This document shows, piece after piece, positions 37,601 through 47,817 of a stretch of 64,000 nt of DNA. The notes below the pieces were generated by a model that saw only the letters and a program-made list of their open reading frames with translations, had not been told where the DNA came from and made no database searches. The first letter of the stretch is position 1, and each line of letters begins with the position of its first letter. Both the position numbers and the translations under genes were made by a program. The DNA comes from a virus. Taxonomy: Duplodnaviria > Caudoviricetes. The stretch is taken from positions 1 through 64,000 of IMG/VR virus record IMGVR_UViG_3300028591_000136; one strand, written 5' to 3'.

Positions 37601-40600
37601 CAGAGCTTCTGCTACTTCTGGAACAATTGTGTTAGCCCAGTAGTCCCAACATTCCAAGCAATCCCACAGTACGTTAGATTGTGTTGCTGTTCTTCCTGAG
37701 AATGCGTATGTCGTACCTCCAGCTTTGGTGTCACGAGTCAATGGTGGTTCGTATGCAATCACACCATTGTTAGCACAACCAAGTGCAATATCCATATCCC
37801 ATGGCTCATAGTGCCAGTGTTGTCCGTCGTATGTTTTTAACTGTGCATTACGTTCAACCGAGTCAATAAGACCGAATCGTAGGAAGAAAATATAGTATGC
37901 TGCAAGCTTATATAGATCCAGGTGATCATGCGCTTCGTTCATGAATTTTGTAAGCTCGGCCTGTGTAACACGAGCCTGTGATCCAGTTTCACCAAGAACA
38001 GAGCCTGTAGATTTTAACGCGGCAACGTCAGTAATCCAATCCAAGAACTGCATAAACGGTGTAACAGTCTGTTGGAATTCTTCAGGAGAGAAGTTTTCGT
38101 TTTCGTCAACGATATCCTCTTTGTCCGGATATATTAACTCAAAATGTTGTTCCCAATAGTAAGATGTAGCCCTTCCGTTCTGGTCTGTGGTATAAGCATC
38201 GTCGAATCTGTGCTGTTCGCCTGAAGGAATAAGGTTATCGTTTTCGTCAAGCATATAACTGCTTGCAATATTCTTACTAGAATAACTGGTCAACGGCGAG
38301 TTAGGATATACAACTTCTACCTGCAATACGTTTTTGTTATCCCATACTTTGTTTTCAGACTTGTCTTTCTTCTTGTTGTCAATCTTCATGCAGAATGGGT
38401 CTGATGGATCGTCTGTAAGATATATACTTCTTTCACCATACACGAAATCTGACTTCTTGTCGTCCATAAACACGTACTGTCCTAAAAGCGTAAGCTCTTG
38501 ATTTTGAGTAGATGTATCTCTATAGAATACAGTACACGGGAACGAGTCTGCAGCATTTCTTATAGTGTAAGGGAAGTCTACGTTTGCTATTTCTGGCCAA
38601 GTCTTTCCTACGCGATTTGCATTATATCCGTTCTAAGTACTAATTAAATTGTAATATCCGTCTACCCAGCTTCCGTCTTCATTTAGATTAGGATCGTTGT
38701 GCGTAATCTTCGCACCTGATGTAAACAACTGTGGAGTAGTTCTCAGCTTATATTCTCCGTCAAAACTTGCATTATACCACGTATCTTGAATAAGTCTTAA
38801 CAGCGAACCGTTGTGTGCACCAGAAGAGTCGGCATAGTTTGCTTGCAATACGAACTTGTTTGATGGTATTGCGCCATTCTTCATTATATATCTATTCTTG
38901 TTGAGACCAAGATATTGTTGAGAACTACATATAAGCTCTGGAACAACTTCCTATGTAACACCACCGCTTTCATAAAACTTATTACTCTTATTCAACCATA
39001 TCTTCATAGAAGTGATTGGATAGGAAAGAGTAGACTGTCCGTGGTTTCTTATTCTACAGTTTGTTACTGTAAAGTTTTTACTTGGATCAATGTTTGATTC
39101 TCTACTAATATTTACCGTAGCGTTCTCTTTAGCTTGGGCATTGTTTAATATATTATCAAGATCTCCTTCTATCACAATGAGATCTTGTTTGCCCTACATT
39201 CCGGCATATGTTATAGAAGAACTATTTCCGTATACATCATTTCTACTTATCAGGGAAGAATCACTAATGTTATCAAACATGTAGTTATCCAATGCCTGTT
39301 TTGGAGAAATATCCTAACGATAAGCTCTGATCGAGTATACTCTAATGCTACTTCTAGACCCTCCGATTTTTATGTTACCAGAAGCACTGTTTATACTTGC
39401 ATTACCTTTTACAGCAGCCCTTTCGAGTATACCGTTGTTTATTATATAAATAAGATTGGAGTCGTTTGTTATATCAGAATATCTGTTGAATATAAAACAC
39501 AACTTGATTCTCTCTCCAGCCTTAAAATTAGTTTTTATGGTAGGTGTATTTGAATTCTCGTAGAAAGCCGCACTGTTTGGTGTAATGGCAATATAACCTT
39601 TTGTTGTATCACCAATGGTAAGTATGACGTCATCTTCACTATTCACCTGTTCTGGTTTAAAGTCTATTTCAAATGCAGCACCATTGTCCAATATATTGTA
39701 CTAGACGTTTTCCAAAGTTTCTGGGAACGGACAGTAGTTTATGATGGCATAAGAATCCAATCCTTTTAATACAAGACTGTTGTTATCCCAACCGTTACTG
39801 TTGTCAAAAGATACGCCAGAGCTAAATGTTGTTGTAATATTGTGGTCAAAATCTGTCCAGGAATCCTTTGTCTCAGAAGAGTTTGTTTTACCATATGCAG
39901 ACAACTTTAAAGAAAAGTTTCCAGTTTCTGTTACGTTTATAATGTTTTCAGCAATGTTTATTGGGAACTCTTCGACGTCTACTCCGTTAATCCTTGCTAC
40001 AATGTAGGAATTGTCAGTTTCGTATGACAATGCTATACTTGGAATAAAGCTCAACGATGTCGGTTTAACACCCTTTGCTCCAAGAATATTTACAAGTTCT
40101 GTATACTGATATTCTCCAGCAACACCTGTTCGCAAGTACCAGTTTACATCAACCTGTTGGTCGCCAGCGTCTGTATAATAACCCCAATCGAATGTAAACG
40201 GAATGTATTGTGTGGCATGTAATATAACCTTTCCAGAATCCAAATAGCTGTAGTTTGAATTTGAAGCTGAGTATGCACAGTTTACAAAACCGTTTACAAG
40301 GTCTCCAAGATTTGAAGCAACCTCAAATTCGTATACAAGAACATTACTGTCAAACGTTGTCTAGCTTTCAGCATCACTCATCTGACTCTTTATGGTCATC
40401 CTATATTTTCTAGGAGTATTGTAGTCGCTAGCCAGATACGGATTCTGTATCTCAAAACGCTTTGATGGGTTTGATCCAGTATCAGTGTATCTCCAATCTG
40501 CTACCAATGTAGACTGAGATGTTCCTGCTTCCGAGATATATACGTTTGTTGTAACCGGAAGGTTTGTAATACTTCTCTTAACTGCTACATCGAAAGAAAA

Positions 40601-41299
40601 CGCTCTGTTGTTTGATACGCCAGTGTAATATCCTGAGAAATTACTAGATATAGAGAATGTTACCAAGAAAATACTAAACGTTCTAGTAGTTTTGGCATTG
40701 TGGTTATTAGCCACAGCTTTTATTGTAACCTTGTTTTCTCCAGATCTTAAATACTGATATATGTTTTTAGTAACCGAATCACCAGTAGTTATTTGATATC
40801 CTTCACTGTATGTTACATTTTCAGAACTATCTTTTATCGTATATGTTACAGAAACTACGTCTGAGTCTGGTTCGCCGAGAGAATCTTCTAGTCCAAGTGT
40901 ATATGACAATATTGCGTTGTTGGAAGTAGAGTTACCCTCTATTATATAGCGAGCCTATAAGAATGACTCCAAACCCGTAATCTTGTACGTAGCTGGAAGA
41001 TCCATGCTGTACAGTACAAAATCTTCGGCTTTTTCTGGATCATATAAAGGACTGTCTGATTTAGCATATTGCTGCCACAACGTTTTTGCTGCTTCGCTGC
41101 TAAAAAATCTAATCTGTCCAGCGTCATCATCTTTGTCTGTAACAAATGGTGTTTTTAGTTTTTCCTAAAGAAGTTCACGAATTGATTTACCAGAGATAGG
41201 ATGGTCTTGATCCACTCCAGATATAGTATTACCGGTGATACTGTTTACCCCACTGACCCAATCTACGAATTCATTTATTTTTCCTTGATATGTTTCCAT
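34673..41299 (-). CDS. Giant virion/tail-associated protein, ~2208 aa, with LamG-like, CotH-kinase-like and LRR regions (TAG read-through)
   Basis: Fragments starting at 40909, 40243, 39691, 39175, 38884, 38473, 37225, 35977 and 35011 share one frame with ATG 41299. CotH-like motif FGLIDSVERN...YEPWDMDIALG. Confidence 0.75.
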
Positions 41300-41310
41300 T
41301 ATATTTTGTT

Positions 41311-41508
41311 TTAATCAGTCCAAGGTGTGTCATCTGTCCATGGGTATTTATCTATCCAATAACCCATAGCATAACAACTAAGTATCTCTTCTATAATTGG
41401 GGGTATATCTTCAGGCCAGATAAGTTGCCCCCGCGTGTATACGGCGACAATAGGTAGATCTTTATAGTATATTTGATTTACCTTTCTACCGTTTATATAT
41501 ATTCCCAT
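41311..41508 (-). CDS. Small tail-associated protein, 65 aa
   Basis: Intact ORF. The ...VYTRGQLIWP motif resembles the N-terminus of the 23040..24041 product (MYIGSTKIWP). Confidence 0.55.
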   Translation of the reverse strand: MGIYINGRKVNQIYYKDLPIVAVYTRGQLIWPEDIPPIIEEILSCYAMGYWIDKYPWTDDTPWTD

Positions 41509-41519
41509 AATTTAATGTA

Positions 41520-43286
41520 TTATCCAACTGTAGGATTTTCACCAGGGGTTACTTGTGTAACTGCAGTAAATCCGTTACCAACCCATTCTAACTCTTCTTT
41601 ATCAGCAATAGCTTGAGAACTCCAAGGACCAAAACCAGTACCTTTAGCCCAGTTTACAAACATTATAATATCGTTTATACTACAACTAGCAATAGTCTGT
41701 GGAGTATATGTATTAGCTGATATTGTTTGTTCGGCTACAGGTATAACATAATCCTGTACAGTACCATCAGAAGGACTAGCAGTTGTAATAGTAAGTGTAT
41801 TTGTAGTACTATTATTTATACCTATAACTTTTAATACACCACAATCCTTTGGGTTATTCTTTTTTGTGAGTTTATATTGTACCTCTATACCGTTGTCTGT
41901 CTCACCAAAATTGAAGCTAGAACCAAAATCAAGGACACCTCCAAGTTTTAATTCACCACCAGATTCAATCTTAATAGCAGGAGCAGGAATTTCCGTAAAC
42001 GTAATATAAACGCCAGTACCAGTATATATCTTAGTTGTATCTGGAAGTGTAGTAAAATCGCCTTCGTTATATATTCCGTCAAGTATATTTTGTGCTAAAT
42101 CATCATATACCTTTTGAGAAATTGTATCAACTGAAATTACTCCATTGTGATTTTCTGGTTCGCTTGTTTCAGAAACCTAATACGTAACATTAGTAGCAAT
42201 TTCAACGGCACCTTTGTTTGTAATCTTAGTATGACGATCTTTACCACCATTCATTGCATAAGCAGTCTTGATGATATCTTTCGTTTTGCACTGTTCGTCA
42301 GAAGTATCGATAAAATCATAAAAATCGTCTGCCGATTCGTATGTCTTTCCAGTCTGTGTAGCAAGAGCACTATTATTTGCGATAGTGTTCTTTTTGTATT
42401 TTAATGCACCTGTTGCAGGAAGTGCTCCAAGATCACCTTCTATTTCATCTACAATAGTCTTTCCGGAAGGTTCTGTGGTACGATTTGACATCTTCCAAAT
42501 ACCTTCTCTATTGAATCTGTATTCATCAGTAAAGATAGATGTTTTTTCTGCATTGAACGTACCAAACTCAAGACCGTCACCTCCACCGTGTTCAAATTTA
42601 ATCTTATTCATGTTGCCATCAGAATCATATCCTTTTGGCTGAAGTGCAATTCCACCGTGTTTTTCACAGCGAAGATCGATAGCTTGTGCACGAACTTTTA
42701 GGTAACCGCGCTCCTCACGTTCAGAATTCGTGCCAGAATCAAGAGTTTCTCCAGTAAGAATGCGAACATCCATTACCTTTGCATCGTCAGATTTAAACAA
42801 TGGTTCTGCAGAGATATCGCTACCGCTATTTTTATCTTTCTTTCTGGTAGCAGTTTTTGGATTATTTGCAGTACCTACAGCAAGATCAAGTTCTCCAGCA
42901 ACAACTTGTAATTTTACAGGATTGTCGCTACCATCAATGTTTTTAACGACAACTTTATCTCTCTTTTTTGGTTCTCTGTGATGAGAACAGAATTGAATGT
43001 CGTCTCCAGACTTTAGTGCAATATCACCATAGTTTCCAGAATAAGAAGCCGTGTTGTTATCCCAAGCAGGCTCAATGTTTACGTTCTTATTGCTTCCAAC
43101 GGTAACATTTCCTTTTGAACTTACAGAGATTACACCATTGGTATCTATTACAGTAGAAGCTGTACCTCCACCACCATTATTGATAGCATCAACAGCTGCG
43201 TCTACATCTTGAGCTAGGTTATTCCATTCGGTATGGGTTAGTTGGTCCCCAGCATGTTTTTCTGAATATGTAAATTTTTTTGTCAT
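41520..43286 (-). CDS. Putative tail/head fibre protein, 588 aa (one TAG)
   Basis: Fragment 42177..43286 continues past TAG without further stops to TAA at 41520. Confidence 0.7.
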
Positions 43287-43317
43287 ATTATGTTAAATTA
43301 ATAGGGAACGTACCTAG

Positions 43318-43713
43318 TCATTCACCAGCAAGTACAACTGGGAACGTGCCACCAAATGTCCAATTTGTTTTTGCTTCAGGCTCTAATATAAAGTATATTG
43401 CATTGTCTTGATAATTTTGTAAAGCCTGATATTCTTCTAATGTTGTAAATATATGTTTAGTACCGTCTTCACTTATTATAGTAGAACCTGAATGATTATT
43501 TTCTAAATCAGTAATTCTTTCTGTAAGCTATTCTATTAAGTTTAATATATTACCATCTATAGTAATATCTCCCGATACTGCGCCGTAATATTGTCCGTGT
43601 GTCCAGATTAAGTGTTTATCCTATATAAACACAATACTCTATCTGTCTATTTCGGATAATTTACTTTGAAAATCTGTTAAAGTTTTAAAATATAAAAACC
43701 GATATTTAATCAT
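43318..43713 (-). CDS. Hypothetical fibre-associated protein, 131 aa (TAG read-through)
   Basis: MIKYRFLYFKTLTDFQSKLSEIDR(Q)SIVFI(Q)DKHLIWTHGQYYG...; absent from the ORF track. Confidence 0.6.
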
Positions 43714-43841
43714 ACGACGTACTGTCTTTAATTTTACATATTTATATATATGGTTAAAGGGGCCCATTACTGGGTCCCTGAACCTCATGAAGCATTGCCA
43801 GACTTATGTACGCCGCTTCTCAGGCTTTTATTACGTAATTA

Positions 43842-44396
43842 TTATGCCTGCTCAGGGATGCTTTGTTCCCCGCCGCTACCCTCGTTTGCAGTCTCTTGAG
43901 CTTGTTCCTCCTCTATAGCGGGAGACTCAACAGATCCTGTGGGCGCGCTCTCTGTACTCGTCTCATCTGTACTACCAAATCCTTCATTACCACGATCACC
44001 GTTGGAAAGTTCAGAAGTTTCAGTGAATGTGAATTCTGGACAAGGAAGTATCAGCAACTGAGCAAATTTTTCACCTGGTTTGTATACAGCAGGTACAACA
44101 TCTGTAGTTGACCTAAACTTAGCCATTACCTCACCTCTGTAACCAGCGTGTACTACACCTGCATGATTTGTAAGCATAAGTGACTTCTTGTATACAGAAG
44201 ATCTTGGTATAAGGAGACCAAAGTAACCCTCTGGAATCTCAATAGCCAAACCAGTATGGTAAACTAAAATAAGTTGTCCGCACTCATTTACCTCTGTAGT
44301 AATATCAGTGGCAACTAAATCAAATCCTGCGTCACTTTCGTGAGCACGTACCGGAGCTACTGCTCTCTGGTCAAGTTTCTTAAAATTTATATTCAT
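43842..44396 (-). CDS. dut: dUTPase (trimeric)
   Basis: Motifs AGFDL, PRSS, GVVHAGYRGEV, AQLLI and RGNEGFGST, plus an acidic C-terminal extension. Confidence 0.93.
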   Translation of the reverse strand: MNINFKKLDQRAVAPVRAHESDAGFDLVATDITTEVNECGQLILVYHTGLAIEIPEGYFGLLIPRSSVYKKSLMLTNHAGVVHAGYRGEVMAKFRSTTDVVPAVYKPGEKFAQLLILPCPEFTFTETSELSNGDRGNEGFGSTDETSTESAPTGSVESPAIEEEQAQETANEGSGGEQSIPEQA

Positions 44397-44421
44397 GTCT
44401 AAATATTATTTTATTCAAGTA

Positions 44422-44516
44422 CTGGCGGTGGGAGTTGCACCCACTTTTGACTGTATACTATCAATCGCTCTTCAAGGTTTTACGTATACCTATTATCCTG
44501 TCTTGAGTTACGCCAA
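44422..44516 (-). ncRNA. Degenerate tRNA-like element directly 3' of the suppressor tRNA
   Basis: Minus strand TGGCG...GTGGG-TGCAACT-CCCAC-CGCCA: closing stem and T-arm-like hairpin. The interior is non-canonical. Confidence 0.35.
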
Positions 44517-44517
44517 T

Positions 44518-44592
44518 TGGTCCCGGCGACCGGTTCGCTCCAGTTATTTTGGGGTTAGAGCCCAATGTGTTAGCATCATACACCACACCGAA
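44518..44592 (-). tRNA. Amber suppressor tRNA (anticodon CTA), Gln-like body
   Basis: Minus strand TTCGGTG-TG-GTGT-atgatgcta-ACAC-A-TTGGG-CT[CTA]AC-CCCAA-aata-ACTGG-agcgaa-CCGGT-CGCCGGG-A-CCA. Perfect anticodon arm and encoded CCA; atypical 6-nt T-loop. Confidence 0.8.
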
Positions 44593-44845
44593 GGGGTGGC
44601 TCTTTTAACGACTGAGCCAGAAGATGTCTAAATACTCATATTAGATGAGCCCTACTGCAGTCGCGATCTGCTGTACTCTTTGTATGTAGGGCTAGGCCTC
44701 AGCTCGCAAGCTGAGCACGTAGGTTAACTCCTACGTTAGTTATACGGCCTGGGTGCTGTTCTCGTATGTCCAGCCAACCTCCGCGACAACCCGAAAAACA
44801 TGTCGCTACATACTCTGCGGGAAGCATCCCAGGAACTGTTATTTC

Positions 44846-45196
44846 TTACTTTCTACGAATCCAATTCCAGAAGCGCTTGAAGATATTAGGCTTCTTGATT
44901 TTATAGTTACCCTTAGAATCAAAGATGAGTTTCTCATCACCCTTAACTTCAATCTTTGCACCAGGTACATTCATGAATGTATCTACTGCTGCAGCAGCAA
45001 TCAGATCGATACTCTCATAAACTGCATTATCTTTAGCAAGCTCAAGTTCCTCTGTAGTAATTGGTTTGCCTGCACGAACCTTAGCGCTTACAACTTCGTT
45101 GTAAAGTTGTGCTGGAGTAGTGTTATCTACACAGTTCATAATGAACTCAGGTTGTACAGTCTTCTTTGTAGTTTTCTTTGTATCTGTCTTTTTCAT
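44846..45196 (-). CDS. Hypothetical protein, 116 aa
   Basis: Intact ORF ending KKPNIFKRFWNWIRRK (amphipathic tail). Confidence 0.65.
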   Translation of the reverse strand: MKKTDTKKTTKKTVQPEFIMNCVDNTTPAQLYNEVVSAKVRAGKPITTEELELAKDNAVYESIDLIAAAAVDTFMNVPGAKIEVKGDEKLIFDSKGNYKIKKPNIFKRFWNWIRRK

Positions 45197-45217
45197 AATT
45201 GTATATTTATATTCTGA

Positions 45218-45589
45218 TTAACACGACTTACAACAATTCTCGCAATCACAGCAACTAGGACCATCAATGTTCTGTCCCATCGCTTCAGCGTTCTTAAGTC
45301 TAGCTTCCTCCATTCGCTTCTCGTAACTTTCGAGATTCTTGATCCACTCTTCACTCTTTACAACGATCATTCGCTTATCGAACTCGTCAGTATAGAATGT
45401 AACAATAACATCATTCTTCTCTACATCAGCCTCTTCTCTATGTTTACCAGTCTGATAGATTACGTGCATCTGTTCTGGAGCTACATAAATGCGCTGGATT
45501 GCTTCACGTGCAGAAGGAATACTGCTAACTTCATTAGTATCAAAATCTACTGTCATATTGATACCTTCCTTAATAAACATCGTCTTCAT
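45218..45589 (-). CDS. Hypothetical protein with a Cys-rich C-terminus
   Basis: Intact ORF ending SCCDCENCCKSC. Confidence 0.65.
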   Translation of the reverse strand: MKTMFIKEGINMTVDFDTNEVSSIPSAREAIQRIYVAPEQMHVIYQTGKHREEADVEKNDVIVTFYTDEFDKRMIVVKSEEWIKNLESYEKRMEEARLKNAEAMGQNIDGPSCCDCENCCKSC

Positions 45590-45798
45590 GTTGTATAACC
45601 TTTAGATTTATTTTCTTTATATCTACGTTTCAGCTTAAACTTGAATAGTTGATTGAATAGGATGTCTTGACTTGCTTTATCGTCTTTCATCAATTCTACT
45701 GTTTGTATGAATGGATGTTTACATACTACTTCAACTGTTTCTTTATCTATTCCAGTTCTCTTAGAAACTTCTTTTATGACTTGTTCAATATCAATCAC
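45586..45798 (-). CDS. Short HU-like DNA-binding protein
   Basis: IEQVIKEVSKRTGIDKETVEVV...ILFNQLFKFKLK matches the HU fold pattern. Confidence 0.55.
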   Translation of the reverse strand: MIDIEQVIKEVSKRTGIDKETVEVVCKHPFIQTVELMKDDKASQDILFNQLFKFKLKRRYKENKSKGYTT

Positions 45799-46208
45799 TT
45801 CTCAATACCAAGTATATCGTATTGTCTCAGAAGTCGACTGTCTTTAAGCAAATCAAAACGAAGTCCTGCTGCGTCTCTAAAGATTACCGTATCACCAACA
45901 TTTATATGTCTAATAATTGTATCAGCAGACTGTTCATTATAGTATAATGGACACTTGATAACTATTCCTCTACGATAATCAGAATCAACTTCTTTAACCT
46001 CTGTCTCAACATTTTCGAAGTCTTGTGCCTCGACTCCATTTGCATCTTTTGCGGGTGTACCAGTTGCGACAGGTTTACTAAACTCTTTCTTAACTTTAAC
46101 CGGATCCAGGGGCTTTACAAGGAAGAAGTCAAGGAATTGGTATTTAACTCCATTGGCTACACTCTCTGCCAGCTCCGATTGGTCAATCATTTCATTTGTT
46201 TCGTTCAT
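45795..46208 (-). CDS. GroES/Cpn10-like co-chaperonin
   Basis: DFFLVKP...RGIVI...INVGDTVIF...LLRQYDILGI pattern with an extended mobile loop. Confidence 0.7.
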   Translation of the reverse strand: MNETNEMIDQSELAESVANGVKYQFLDFFLVKPLDPVKVKKEFSKPVATGTPAKDANGVEAQDFENVETEVKEVDSDYRRGIVIKCPLYYNEQSADTIIRHINVGDTVIFRDAAGLRFDLLKDSRLLRQYDILGIEK

Positions 46209-46618
46209 TTCTTCAAGCTTTTAAGGTGCTCAAGTAATGTAATCATATTCGTCAGTACTGTCTGACGCTCTACCTTCACACATACTGGAAGGTCGGCCAT
46301 ATCCTGCTCGATGGTCTCCAAACCTTTCTTGTACTTAGTAAGTAAAGAATCAATCTCGTCGAATATATTAACGAAAGACTTATCACTTACTTCAGTAGCT
46401 TCCTCAAGGTAACCCTCTTCAACAAGAGCCTTTGCATATTCTACAGAGATCTTGAATTCTGAGGTGTATGAAGATTTCACATCGTTAGCAGTATCATCTG
46501 CCTTATAGAATTCCTCATTGTGTTTAGAGATATACATCTTCTCTTCATTCGAATATTCGAAGACATCTCCCAAATTCACAACAAGAAATGGTTCAACAAC
46601 TCGTAATATTTTTGCCAT
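46205..46618 (-). CDS. Hypothetical protein, first gene of the late operon
   Basis: Intact ORF immediately downstream of the minus-strand promoter motif. Confidence 0.65.
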   Translation of the reverse strand: MAKILRVVEPFLVVNLGDVFEYSNEEKMYISKHNEEFYKADDTANDVKSSYTSEFKISVEYAKALVEEGYLEEATEVSDKSFVNIFDEIDSLLTKYKKGLETIEQDMADLPVCVKVERQTVLTNMITLLEHLKSLKK

Positions 46619-46652
46619 ATTGTTTAATTTTATTTTGCAAATTACAACGGCG

Positions 46653-46732
46653 TAACGTAATGTAACATAAAGTTGGTTGCAAATACTTATAAAATTTTTT
46701 ATTTTGCAACTTTTTGGGCTATTTTAACGTTA
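46653..46732. promoter_or_regulatory. Back-to-back putative ECF-type promoters (TGCAAC-N18-CGTTA on minus, TGCAAC-N17-CGTTA on plus)
   Basis: Minus site at 46681-46653 and plus site at 46705-46732, lying exactly at the strand divergence point. Confidence 0.55.
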
Positions 46733-46799
46733 TGGGAGAGATAGTAGAGAGGGCGAACATCCCCCTAAGAACCCCCTAATATATATTATATACATTAAG

Positions 46800-47219
46800 A
46801 TGAACAATAATAATAAGACTAAAAAGAAGAGTAGAATAGACACATATGAGACTATATACTACGTAGATTTAGTAGTAGCAAATCAATATACAACATTAGA
46901 AGAACTAAAGAAATTGTATATCTATTCAGATGGAGTAGAACTAGATGAACAAATAATGAATAATATATGTTCAACTAGTACTATAAGACGTAAATCAGAT
47001 GATAAGGATTGTATATTAGTCAAGTATAATGGCTATGTAGATATAAAATTTGTAGACAAAAAGATTGATTTACTTAACACCATAGCCCATGAAGCTGGTC
47101 ATGTTTGTATAGATATATACGATCATATGAGACAGAATATCTGCTCATGTAGTCAAGAACCTTTCTGTTACTTACTAGGTTGGGTAACTCAATGTATATA
47201 CAAAACGCTTAAAAAATGA
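46800..47219 (+). CDS. HExxH-motif protein, similar to 30676..31068
   Basis: Motif TIAHEAGH...QEPFCYLLGW. Confidence 0.65.
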   Translation: MNNNNKTKKKSRIDTYETIYYVDLVVANQYTTLEELKKLYIYSDGVELDEQIMNNICSTSTIRRKSDDKDCILVKYNGYVDIKFVDKKIDLLNTIAHEAGHVCIDIYDHMRQNICSCSQEPFCYLLGWVTQCIYKTLKK

Positions 47220-47755
47220 CGAATATTGAGCTAAATGCCATATTGTTTTACGCAGATTACATGTCTTTAAGAGAAACTTGTCAGCCTGTAACTGACAATT
47301 GTAAGTATTTCTACATACACGGATGCCCTATAAATGCCGCATATATCCTAGATTTAGAACCTGAATACGACGAAACAAACCCTTATTTCATCCAAGCATA
47401 CGCTGAATACAGTGCAATCAGAGATAAATATGGTGATGAAGGTATTGAGAGTTTTATTGATGATATATGTGCTATCAGGGCTTGTGGAAGTGTTGATGCT
47501 AAGTAGATGTTGACTCGTATACATCAGTTTAGTGATAAAAAATCCCGTAAGTTAGCATTTAGCAAGTATTACGAATGGAAAGAAAACTAGTTTTATTCTC
47601 ATGTTACAATCAATGAAGATGGATACCCCCAAGAAACACCGTGTACACGCTATGTGTCACACACTGAGAGAATGCTTAACAGACGAGGAATATTTAAAAG
47701 CACATAGAAGAATGGAAGAAATACAGAAAAGACACCTTAGAATGTTGAAAAATGA
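47216..47755 (+). CDS. Hypothetical protein, 179 aa (4 TAG read through)
   Basis: Track ORF 47216..47506 continues through TAGs to TGA at 47753-47755. Confidence 0.55.
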
Positions 47756-47817
47756 AGATATTGAACCACTAGAATGGGACGATATAGACTTCTAAACAGT
47801 ATTTAACCCCCTAAATT

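Noticed and set aside
1-43713. Interpreting the fragmented ORFs as pseudogenes or a decayed prophage
   Set aside because: The interruptions checked are all in-frame TAG with no frameshifts, the genes abut precisely, and a CUA tRNA is present.
47601-47795. 64-aa plus-strand ORF
   Set aside because: It mostly overlaps the TAG read-through extension of 47216..47755. It is not fully excluded.
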